Positions 18,476 to 26,859 of a stretch of 64,000 bases of DNA are shown piece by piece. Location of the stretch: positions 490 to 64,489 of the forward strand of contig CANJQI010000004.1 in assembly GCA_947476215.1 (NCBI GenBank). Reading direction: 5' to 3'. Within the stretch, counting starts at the first letter, position 1; every line of letters begins with the position of its first letter. The notes below the pieces were generated by a model. It was not told the DNA's origin and searched no databases. It saw only the letters and a program-made list of their open reading frames with translations. The DNA comes from Betaproteobacteria bacterium (GTDB taxonomy: Bacteria > Pseudomonadota > Gammaproteobacteria > Burkholderiales > SG8-41). Made by a program: the position numbers and the translations under genes.

Positions 18476-19066
18476 TTAGCCGTCGCTGCGCTTCGACATG
18501 GCATTCTCGATGCGCCTGTCGGGGGTTAACCACATCAACGCAACCGCCACGAAAAACGCAAGCCCCGCCCACGGCGTAATGAACCATGTCGCGGCAATCC
18601 CCAGCACATACAGCAACGGTGATGCTTGGCCTTTGGCATCAGGTGCGATGGCTTTTGCAAGCGGACCATGGGGACCCTGATGGCGCACCAGGCATCCCTG
18701 CAGTACGAAATAAGCCAGCGCACACACGCGCAGTGTTGATGCCATACAGCGCGGTAGGTAACCGCGCGAAATGTTTTTCACCCATCCAGCCGGCGGTAAA
18801 CGGCAGTAACGACAACCAGAACAGAAGATGCAGGTTGGCCCACAGGATCGTTCCGTTCACTTCGCGCACTGTCTGCAACATGCGGTGATGGTTGTTCCAG
18901 TAGATTCCGATGTAAACAAAACTGAGCACGTAGCTCAGGAATACCGGCCACAGTGGTTCCAGAGCCTGCGGCTCGGCACCGTGCGGCACTTTGAGTCCAA
19001 CACCATGATGGTGATGATAATCGCCAGCACACCATCGCTGAAGGCTTCAAGTTGATTTTTCTCCAT
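18476..19066 (-). pseudogene. TMEM175/DUF1211-family putative K+ channel gene with two frameshifts
   Basis: GGAGAGG RBS plus an ATG at 19066: MEKNQLEAFSDGVLAIIITIMVL. The frame is lost near 18990..19000, continues as (V)PHGAEPQALEPLWPVFLSYVLSFVYIGIYWNNHH..., is lost again near 18730..18745, and ends in a third frame (..LRVCALAYFVLQ...MWLTPDRRIE). Confidence 0.75.
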
Positions 19067-19097
19067 GTCCTCTCCGTTAGGTTCAACCTGATGACGT

Positions 19098-19958
19098 TCA
19101 TTTACCGTTTGCTTCGCGGACTATCAGCGTGCGCTTGCGTGCTATTCCCCAACGATATCCGGAAAGCGATCCATCGCGTCTTACCACCCGATGACAAGGT
19201 ATGGCCACCGCCAGCGCATTCGCGGCGCACGCACTGGCCACTGCGCGCACGGCCTTGGGTGCGCCTATTTTGCGGGCAATTTCGGTATAGGTGGCAGTTG
19301 AACCGGCGGGTATCTTTTGCAGCGCCTGCCAGACCCTGAGTTGAAAGGTGGTTCCGTGAATATCGAGCGGCAGATTGAGCCCGAGTCGCGGCGCCTCGAC
19401 GAACCCGACGACTTGCGCCACCCAGTTCTCGAAGTTTACGTCGCCGCCGACTAAGCGGGCGCGCGCAAAACGATCCTGCAAATCGCGAACCAGCGCCTCG
19501 GGATCATCACCCATCAGAATCGCACAGATACCCTTGTCACTTGCTGCCACGAGGATGGCGCCCAGAGAGCACCTGCCGACGGCAAACCGTATGACGGTAT
19601 TGATACCGCCAGAACGATAGTTGCCGGGCGTCATGCCGAGCAGCTGATTGGACTTCTCATAGAAGCGGCTGCTGGCGTTAAAACCGGCGCTACAGATGGC
19701 ATCAGTGACCGGACTTTTCCTGCCGAGCGCATTGCGCACTTTTTCGGCGCGATGCGCTGTGGCATAAGCCTTGGGTGTTACTCCGGTCGCCGCCTTGAAG
19801 ACGCGGTGAAAATAGTGGGCACTGAACCCAGCCATTTCCGCGAGGTCCGCCAGCGACGGGCTCTGTTCGGCCTGCTCTATCACTCGGCACAGACGCGCGA
19901 TCATCGCTGTGTGCTGAACCTCCGTTCCTGAAACACGCACTTTCATCGCCCTGTTCAT
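19098..19958 (-). CDS. AraC-type HTH fused to methylated-DNA-[protein]-cysteine S-methyltransferase (Ada-like, without the N-terminal Zn domain)
   Basis: C-terminal PCHRVV active site, HGTTFQLRVWQAL, and an AraC HTH (LADLAEMAGFSAHYFHRVFKAATGVTPKAY). Start set at the ATG at 19958 (MNRAMKV) because the longer track ORF overlaps the divergent Bug gene. Confidence 0.8.
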   Translation of the reverse strand: MNRAMKVRVSGTEVQHTAMIARLCRVIEQAEQSPSLADLAEMAGFSAHYFHRVFKAATGVTPKAYATAHRAEKVRNALGRKSPVTDAICSAGFNASSRFYEKSNQLLGMTPGNYRSGGINTVIRFAVGRCSLGAILVAASDKGICAILMGDDPEALVRDLQDRFARARLVGGDVNFENWVAQVVGFVEAPRLGLNLPLDIHGTTFQLRVWQALQKIPAGSTATYTEIARKIGAPKAVRAVASACAANALAVAIPCHRVVRRDGSLSGYRWGIARKRTLIVREANGK

Positions 19959-20104
19959 CTGCTCACCAGAAGAGTTTCCGGAAAGATCGTATGCTATCAA
20001 CGCATCGGGGAAGACGCTATCCGGATCTTGCGTACCAGTTAGCCTCAGGGGCATTGGTACATCGCAGTAGAATAGCGATCGTGTCTGAATATCCCGGAGG
20101 GCAT

Positions 20105-21127
20105 GTGTCCAAACTGGCCAATCGCGCATGGGTCGTGCTTGCCGTAATGACGGTGACGCATGCGGCATGGGTTAGTGGGCAAACATTGTCACCCAGCACG
20201 GAACGGACGGTTTCGACTGGCTCAGAACATACCTATCCAAGTAAACCAATACGCTTTGTGGTGCCGTTTCCTGCCGGTGGCGCGACCGACATCATCGCGC
20301 GCATAGTCGGACAGAAACTGACCGAAAGTACCGGTCAATCGGTCATATTGGACAATCGTGGTGGTGGCTCAAGTATAGTCGGCACCGAGATCGCCGCGCG
20401 GGCCATCCCCGATGGCTACACCATACTGCTGGGTTCGTTTGCTTTTGCCATTACGCCGGCACTGCACGAGCGGCTGCCGTACGATACCGTGCGCGACTTC
20501 GCGGGTGTCAGCATGATAGGTAACGGCCAGGCCGCGCTGGTCGTACACCCTGCCGTACCGGCACACTCGGTGAAAGAGCTTATTGCCCTGGCGAAGGCAA
20601 AGTCAGGCGGGCTTAACTACTCATCGACCGGAGGCGGTAGTGCGAGCAATCTCGGCGCGCTGCTGTTCTGCCATATGGCGGGCGTGAAAATTACCACGGT
20701 TACGTTCAAGGGAGGAAGCCCCGCTCTGGTTGCGTTGCTGGCCGGCGAAGTCAACATGACATTCACCAGCATCGTGCCTACGCTGCCCTACATACGGTCA
20801 GGCAAGCTGCGTGCGTTAGGTGTCAGCAGTGCCAGGCGCACCAGCGTACTGCCGGACGTTCCCACCATCGCGGAAGCCGGCGTCAAGGGCTACGAGCTGA
20901 TTTCCTGGTATGGCGTACTGGCGCCACGCCGGACACCCGCCGCGATTGTGGAAAAACTCAGCAGCGAATTGATGCGCGCCTTGCGCAACGTCGAGGTACA
21001 GGAAAAACTGATTGCTCAGGGTATAGATCCGGTATCCAGCTCGCCGGCGGAACTTTCAAAGTACATCGCCTCGGAGGTCGCGAAGTGGAGCAAAGTGATC
21101 AAGGAGACAGGAGCCCGGCACGAGTAA
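20105..21127 (+). CDS. Bug family (TctC-like) tripartite tricarboxylate transporter substrate-binding protein
   Basis: GTG at 20105 after GGAGGG gives a signal peptide (SKLANRAWVVLAVMTVTHAAWVSG). The Bug signature YPSKPIRFVVPFPAGGATD follows. Confidence 0.85.
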   Translation: MSKLANRAWVVLAVMTVTHAAWVSGQTLSPSTERTVSTGSEHTYPSKPIRFVVPFPAGGATDIIARIVGQKLTESTGQSVILDNRGGGSSIVGTEIAARAIPDGYTILLGSFAFAITPALHERLPYDTVRDFAGVSMIGNGQAALVVHPAVPAHSVKELIALAKAKSGGLNYSSTGGGSASNLGALLFCHMAGVKITTVTFKGGSPALVALLAGEVNMTFTSIVPTLPYIRSGKLRALGVSSARRTSVLPDVPTIAEAGVKGYELISWYGVLAPRRTPAAIVEKLSSELMRALRNVEVQEKLIAQGIDPVSSSPAELSKYIASEVAKWSKVIKETGARHE

Positions 21128-21170
21128 ACGCGGAGAATAGCAACTACGCGGTCGGCAGTGCCGGGAAAGT

Positions 21171-22550
21171 TCAGGCGCTGAGCAAGCTTCGAAACACCCG
21201 CGCATCCGCGGTCTTTTCAATGTTCCAGACGGTGTCGATCAACTTGAGCGATCGCCGCTTGCCGATGATCGCCGCCGTCAGGTCCAGGACTTTTTCGGAA
21301 ACATCGGCACGGTTCATCGGATTATCGACAGTTCCCCTGGCGGCACGCGTATGGTGTCTTACGTGACGGCCATCGCGGGTGAAAATTTCGATGATGCCCT
21401 GGCGTGGCGGTTTGGCGGCGGTCAGTTCTGCGCTGGGCGCGAGCACTATGCGTTGTTTCAGCCTGGTCACGCGTCGGTCTTTCATGCGCGCAACATCATG
21501 CGCCGAGTCAAACGTCAGTTCGCCGTCGAGCAATGCAATCGCCAGCAAATGCTCGATGTTGACGTCGGTCATCTTGCTGTTACTCACGATATCTATCCGG
21601 TTATCGGGGGTGTGGATGACGAGTTTTTCGACCTTGTCGGCGGTTATCGCATGGTCTTTCATCAGCGCAAACAGCGAGGTTAGCGCCGCCTGCATAGGCG
21701 AGCCCACCGACCATTTCTTCATTTGCGTATTCATGATCTCGTAGTGCACGCCGAGCCCGCGCACCATTTCTTCCGGATTCGGATTCGACGAGAACGCGGA
21801 GAAAAAATTGCGGTTGCGCTGCCCGGTGAAAGTGTCCTCAACACCGGTGAATCCACATTCAATCATGGTGGCCGCGGCAATACCGTTTTGCGCGGTCATT
21901 CCGCCGAATACATAGGCTTTCATGACGTGTTCGCCGTCGCCCTCGAATGTCCTGATGCCGGAGGCCTGCTGAGCCGCATAGGACAGCAGATGGCGGGTTT
22001 TCTCCGTATCCAGACCCGCCAGCATTCCTGCCGCCGCCGCCGCGCCAAACAGATTTCCAAAGCTGTGATTCGAGCGACCGGCTTTGCGGAATTCAACGGG
22101 ATGAAATGAGCGAGTTATGCGGCAGCCGATGTCGTAGCCCAACACCACGGCCCGCAACAAAAACCTGCCATTGCGGTGTTTGTTTTCGGCCATGGCCAGC
22201 GCCGCCGGTACTATGCCGCACCCCGGATGCATGTTGGCGGCATAGTGCGTGTCGTCGGTCTCGTCAGCGTGTGCAAACATGCCGTTGGCGAATGCGGCGT
22301 TGGCGGCGGTAGTCACCAGCCGGGTGCCCGCCACGCACGCCTGTCGTGCACCCGCCAGCCCGGCGATGTAGGCGATTGCGCGCTTTCCGGGCAATAGTCG
22401 GGATCCTGAAATCATGGACGCGAGTGTGTCGAGCAGGTGGTGTTTGCCCTTCTCGACGACGTCTCCAGGCAGGGCTCTCCTGGCTGCGCCTGCGATGTAG
22501 GCGCTGACCTCTCGCATCAAAGGCGAGACCGCGGATTTCGACTTAGTCAT
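21171..22550 (-). CDS. MmgE/PrpD family protein
   Basis: Start at the ATG at 22550 (MTKSKSAVSP..), 7 nt after the upstream stop, with GAGG as RBS. PrpD-fold motifs are present (HLLDTLASMISG, HADETDDTH). Confidence 0.88.
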   Translation of the reverse strand: MTKSKSAVSPLMREVSAYIAGAARRALPGDVVEKGKHHLLDTLASMISGSRLLPGKRAIAYIAGLAGARQACVAGTRLVTTAANAAFANGMFAHADETDDTHYAANMHPGCGIVPAALAMAENKHRNGRFLLRAVVLGYDIGCRITRSFHPVEFRKAGRSNHSFGNLFGAAAAAGMLAGLDTEKTRHLLSYAAQQASGIRTFEGDGEHVMKAYVFGGMTAQNGIAAATMIECGFTGVEDTFTGQRNRNFFSAFSSNPNPEEMVRGLGVHYEIMNTQMKKWSVGSPMQAALTSLFALMKDHAITADKVEKLVIHTPDNRIDIVSNSKMTDVNIEHLLAIALLDGELTFDSAHDVARMKDRRVTRLKQRIVLAPSAELTAAKPPRQGIIEIFTRDGRHVRHHTRAARGTVDNPMNRADVSEKVLDLTAAIIGKRRSLKLIDTVWNIEKTADARVFRSLLSA

Positions 22551-22557
22551 ACGAACC

Positions 22558-24288
22558 TCAGGACGATGTCTTGGCAGCGCTGGATTTGGCAAGCAGGGAA
22601 TTCCAGTCCCGGGGCAGCCGAATTTTTGCGCTGGTGGCGTAACCCTGCTTAAAATTCTGCCGATAGATGCAGCAACGATTGCGCGTCGGATCACCTGAAA
22701 CAACTACCAACCATTTGGTCTCGGGCAACAGCAAAGGTACCTCGCGATTAGGGTCGTCCGACGTACACCACGCCTTGGGCATTTCGCCTTTCGCGACCAG
22801 TTCGCACAGTGTCGTGCCGGGCGGATGCGAGGTTCCCGCGGTCATATTCCATTCAAAGTAGTGCGCCGGAACTGTCGCGTTTTTCATGATGTAATCGACG
22901 ACATCCTGCTTCGAGTACCCAGCCCGGGCCACCAGCGACGCAATAACCGGTGTCATCAGAAGCACATGCGTCTCTATGTAACCGCGCGATGCCTGATACG
23001 GGTCTATCATGCGTTTGGCCCAGTCCACGATGTAATCCAGATGGCGTTCCGCGTTTTCGCCGGCCGTTGAAAACGGGTCACTCACGGCGCGCACCGAGGT
23101 AATGGTTACCGCATTGTCATCGGGTGCGAAACCGCGCATGACGTGCAGCGGCTGCCAGCCCATGTCGTTACAGGCTTTTTCGTTCTCCGCGACCACGGCT
23201 CTGAACATCTGGCCGAAGGTCGCCATATCGGTCGTGCCGGGCAGGAACTTCGGCACGTTCCTGCAAAACAACCGGTAAAAGCGGCCTATGCTGGTGTTGG
23301 CCTGATTGCCCGGACGCTGCGCGGCCACTTCGCAATTGAACTCCAGCTGTTTTGCAATGGGGCCATTCAATATGATCATGCCTTCCCATCCGGGCGTGCT
23401 GCCGCCATGCTTGGCGCCGAAATCGGGCGTGGCCATGACATCGACGATGGCGAGCAATATCGGCATGTATTCCGGACGACAACCGGCCATGACGCCGTTG
23501 ACCGCGACCTTCCATACCGTGGCCTCGGCCTGACTGGGATGCAATACGCCTATGACTTCATCGGGAGAGCGGTCGGTATATTTGAGAAACGCTTCTATGC
23601 TTTCCAGGGTCGGCGGCACGACAGGCAGACCGTCGGACCAACCCTGGCGCTGGAAGTGTTCGTTGACTTCATTGAAAGATCCCTTAAATACAATGTCGCG
23701 GTCCTGCGGTTGAGCCACGGGCGCCGGCGCGCCCTTTACCGGTTCGAGTTGGGTCAGCCCCTTGACGATCTGATCGATCAGCACTTCTTCGATATTCCGT
23801 GTGATCGTTTCGTCCTTGTGCGTGGAAATGACGCCCGGATACTCTGCAACCGGAAGATTGGGATACCCGGAATCCTTGCCTATGGCTTTAACTGTGCCCG
23901 GAAAGCCCTTGATGGCGATGGTAACGCTGGGTACCCCACAATTTTCCGCAACGATGCTGGCCCGCGAACTCGCGGACGTGCAACTTCCTCAACCACCATT
24001 GCCGGAAATAACCGCATCGACCTGATATTCCTTGAGTTTGCCGGGTAGCGCCTTGATGACATCCGACTCCACCGGACCATACGTGTCGCCGAATTTTTCA
24101 TGGGGGACGAATTTGATATCTGGATACCGCTTCAGCAATGCCTTTTCAACAACAGCGAATGTCAGTTCGCTGCCGAACTTGTGATTCGACAACTCGCCTA
24201 TGGTCATGCCATTCAGCGATTGCAGGCGGGCCGTAACGGTTCTTGCCTTCTGGGTCAGTCTGCCCAGCGGATACACGACCTCGTACAT
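22558..24288 (-). CDS. candidate selenoprotein: UGSC-motif domain (Sec at the UGA 23991..23989) continuous with a ~400-aa conserved domain of unknown function (WSDGLPVVPPT motif)
   Basis: ORF 23989..24288 (GAGGA RBS) ends ..AVISGNGG-TGA. The same frame continues GSCTSASSRASIVAENCGVPSVTIAIKGFPG...NIEEV with no stop into ORF 22558..23784, giving 576 codons in total. A hairpin lies 11 nt after the UGA. Confidence 0.7.
23960..23977 (-). promoter_or_regulatory. SECIS-like hairpin downstream of the UGSC UGA
   Basis: mRNA reads UGA-GGAAGUUGCAC-GUCCGCG-AGUU-CGCGGGC. This is a 7-bp stem (one G.U) with a 4-nt loop containing GU, starting 11 nt after the UGA. Confidence 0.55.
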
Positions 24289-24402
24289 GGATAATTCCTC
24301 TCGATGGAAAACGCTTCCTTAAGCCTCATGCACGCACAATGCGAAACATTGCGACTTGGCTAACGTGCGCTTGAACCTACAATGCGTGTTCTGCTTTGTC
24401 AA

Positions 24403-24426
24403 GAAAGCGGAACAGAAAGCGGAACA
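24403..24426. repeat. tandem duplication of the 12-mer GAAAGCGGAACA in the divergent intergenic region
   Basis: Two perfect adjacent copies lie between the UGSC gene start (24288) and the PrpD-like gene start (24509). Confidence 0.6.
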
Positions 24427-24508
24427 TGTCACCCTTCATCCGTTGCAATCAGATTGCCGCGAATTACTGATATCCTCCACATGCAATATCGACCAGGAGA
24501 AATACGCA

Positions 24509-25867
24509 GTGATTACACGCAAGCTTGCCGCCTTTGCGGCTGAACTCAAATACCAGGACCTGCCGGTGGCGACGGTCGAAACCGCAAAACGCCTGTTGCT
24601 CGATGGCCTGGGTTGTCTGCTTGCGGGCACCGCGGGTTGGCCGGGCCGCAGCGCTGCTGCGATGACGCGCCGGCTCGGCGGCGATGCGCAGGCCATGGTA
24701 TATGCCGAAGGCAAGCGCAATTCGGTGTGTCATGCCGCTTTCGCAAACGGCATTACGCTGTACAGCGTGGGGCTGAACGACTTTCTGCAACGCGCTGGCG
24801 CGCATCCGGGTGCGAGCGTGATACCCGTGTTGCTTGCGGTCGGGGAATGGCAGCGCTGTTCGGGCAAGTCGCTGATCGCCGCGATGGCGGCGGGATATGA
24901 AGTGATAGACCGGCTGGGACGGTCCATCATGCCCAGCCACAGGGAGCGTGGATTTCATCCGACCGGCACGTGCGGAACGTTCGGTGCTACCGCGGCGGCG
25001 GGCCGGTTGCTGGAACTAAACGGCGCGCAGATCGCGTGCGCGTTCGGCATCGCCGGCAGCCAGGCGGCGGGTCTCTACGAATATATCAACGACGGCACTT
25101 CCACCATCATGTTCCACGCCGGCCGCGCCGCCAAGAATGGCGTCGAAGCCACGCTGGCGACGCAGGCGGGACTGACCGGACCGGCGACTATATTCGAAGG
25201 CACGCGCGGTTTTTTTCGGGCCACCTCGGACAAGATAGACCTCGACGCCGCGTTGAAGGATCTGTCGCATCGATATGCACTGAACGAAACCACGTTCCGG
25301 CCGTATTTCGGGTGCACTTCTACCATCGCGGCATCGGGTGCAACGGCGCAGATCATGCTGCGCGTGGGCGGTGCGCGATCAGCGGACGTCGAAGAGGTCA
25401 ATGTTTATTGCAATCCGGTGGTTGCCAATGACAATGCCGAAACCGATCCTCGCACCTTGCTCGGTGCACGCCTGAGCCTGCCGTTCAACGTCGCCCTGGT
25501 GCTTGCCCATGGTGACGTCATGGTCGCCGACCTCGAGGAAAAAGATCTCATGGACAGCAAGGTCCGCAGCCTGATTCCCAAAATACGGATGATCAGCGAT
25601 GCAGCCATACCGCGCTTCGGCAGCACAGTCGAAGTCAAGTTCAAAGGGGGCACGAGCGAAAAGGTCGCCATGCATTCCTGGCGCGGAGACGCCGACGATC
25701 CGTTGCCCTGGAACGAAGTCGTCATGAAGTTCCGGCGCCTGGTACGCCCCGTGATCGCCACCGCGGGTCAGGACCGTATCGTTGAGCGGGTGGCGAATAT
25801 CGACAGCGCCGGCGTCAGCGATCTTGCGGAGGCATTAAGCGCGGCGCTCGCGCAGGGAACCGGCTAG
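24509..25867 (+). CDS. MmgE/PrpD family protein
   Basis: GTG at 24509 after AGGAG (MITRKLAAFAAELKYQDLP..). PrpD-like motifs are present (LLDGLGCLLAG). Confidence 0.88.
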   Translation: MITRKLAAFAAELKYQDLPVATVETAKRLLLDGLGCLLAGTAGWPGRSAAAMTRRLGGDAQAMVYAEGKRNSVCHAAFANGITLYSVGLNDFLQRAGAHPGASVIPVLLAVGEWQRCSGKSLIAAMAAGYEVIDRLGRSIMPSHRERGFHPTGTCGTFGATAAAGRLLELNGAQIACAFGIAGSQAAGLYEYINDGTSTIMFHAGRAAKNGVEATLATQAGLTGPATIFEGTRGFFRATSDKIDLDAALKDLSHRYALNETTFRPYFGCTSTIAASGATAQIMLRVGGARSADVEEVNVYCNPVVANDNAETDPRTLLGARLSLPFNVALVLAHGDVMVADLEEKDLMDSKVRSLIPKIRMISDAAIPRFGSTVEVKFKGGTSEKVAMHSWRGDADDPLPWNEVVMKFRRLVRPVIATAGQDRIVERVANIDSAGVSDLAEALSAALAQGTG

Positions 25868-25868
25868 G

Positions 25869-26843
25869 CTAACCCGCGGCAGGACGTGCGCCGCTATCCT
25901 TGATCATTTTTGCGATGCGGCTGATCTCGGATTTGATGGTGGACAGCAGTTCCGCCGGTGAACTGGCAACGATTTCCAGCCCCGCGTTAAACACCCTCTC
26001 CTTGGTGTCGGGTCGATTCAGGTAACGCACGATTTCCTGATTGAGTCTCGCGACGATGGCATCGGGCGTGCGCGCTGGTGCGAATATTCCATGCGTGGTT
26101 CCGGTCTCAAAACCGGGTATACCCGCCGCGGCGGCGGTCGGGAGTCCCGGTGCCAACGGCGTTGGCTGCGCGCTGGCGACCGCCAACGCGCGCAATCTGC
26201 CCTGCTTGACGTGCGGCATCACGGAAGTCGCGGTGATCACTATCATGTCCACCTGTCCACCGACCGTGGCATTGAGCGCGGGCCCCGCGCCTTTGTAGGG
26301 AATGGCCGCGATGTTGACACCGGCCATCGCCTTGAACAACTCGGCGGAAATATAGGTTGTCGCCCCCTTGGTACCCGATGCGCAGTTGATCACACCCGGT
26401 CTGGCTTTCGCCAACGCAACCAGTTCCTTGACGGTCTTGACCGGCAGGGATGGATGCACGGCGATGACCGCAGGCGAGGTCGTGGTCAGCGAGATAGGCG
26501 CGTAGTCCTTGATCGGATCGTACGGCACATTGTCCTGAAACAGCGGCAGCAGCCAGTGTGCATTGGCGCTGAACAGCAAGGTGTAACCGTCGGGCGGAGA
26601 CTTGGAAACAAGTTCAGCCGGAATGATGGCGCTGCCGCCACGATTATCCACGACCGCCTGCTGACCCAGGTTGGTGGAAAGACCTTGCGCAACGATGCGC
26701 GCCGCCAGGTCGGCGCCGCCGCCCGCCTCGGGCGCCACGATACGCAAAGGTTTGGACGGGTAGTTCTGGCAGTGCGCCACATCGCATCTCAAGAGTCCCA
26801 GCCCCATTAGAGCAATACTCAAAAACGAACCCTGCAATTGCAT
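25869..26843 (-). CDS. Bug family (TctC-like) substrate-binding protein
   Basis: 324 aa with a signal peptide, then YPSKPLRIVAPEAGGGADL. Confidence 0.88.
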   Translation of the reverse strand: MQLQGSFLSIALMGLGLLRCDVAHCQNYPSKPLRIVAPEAGGGADLAARIVAQGLSTNLGQQAVVDNRGGSAIIPAELVSKSPPDGYTLLFSANAHWLLPLFQDNVPYDPIKDYAPISLTTTSPAVIAVHPSLPVKTVKELVALAKARPGVINCASGTKGATTYISAELFKAMAGVNIAAIPYKGAGPALNATVGGQVDMIVITATSVMPHVKQGRLRALAVASAQPTPLAPGLPTAAAAGIPGFETGTTHGIFAPARTPDAIVARLNQEIVRYLNRPDTKERVFNAGLEIVASSPAELLSTIKSEISRIAKMIKDSGARPAAG

Positions 26844-26859
26844 AATTTATCCTTACAAA

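Noticed and set aside
18990-19000. Considered programmed ribosomal frameshifting for the split TMEM175/DUF1211 gene.
   Set aside because: There is no slippery heptamer or downstream structure at either shift site. Two separate shifts would be needed, and neighbouring genes are also decayed.
21171-22703. N-terminally extended versions of track ORFs: 21171..22703, 43108..44481, 44171..45289, 45303..46370, 48968..50131, 50804..51634, 54250..56046, 24356..25867 and 19098..20168.
   Set aside because: The extensions overlap the upstream gene or lack family sequence. Internal starts with an RBS and a signal peptide, or with the canonical N-terminus (for example [16 protein letters not shown] for YchF), fit better.
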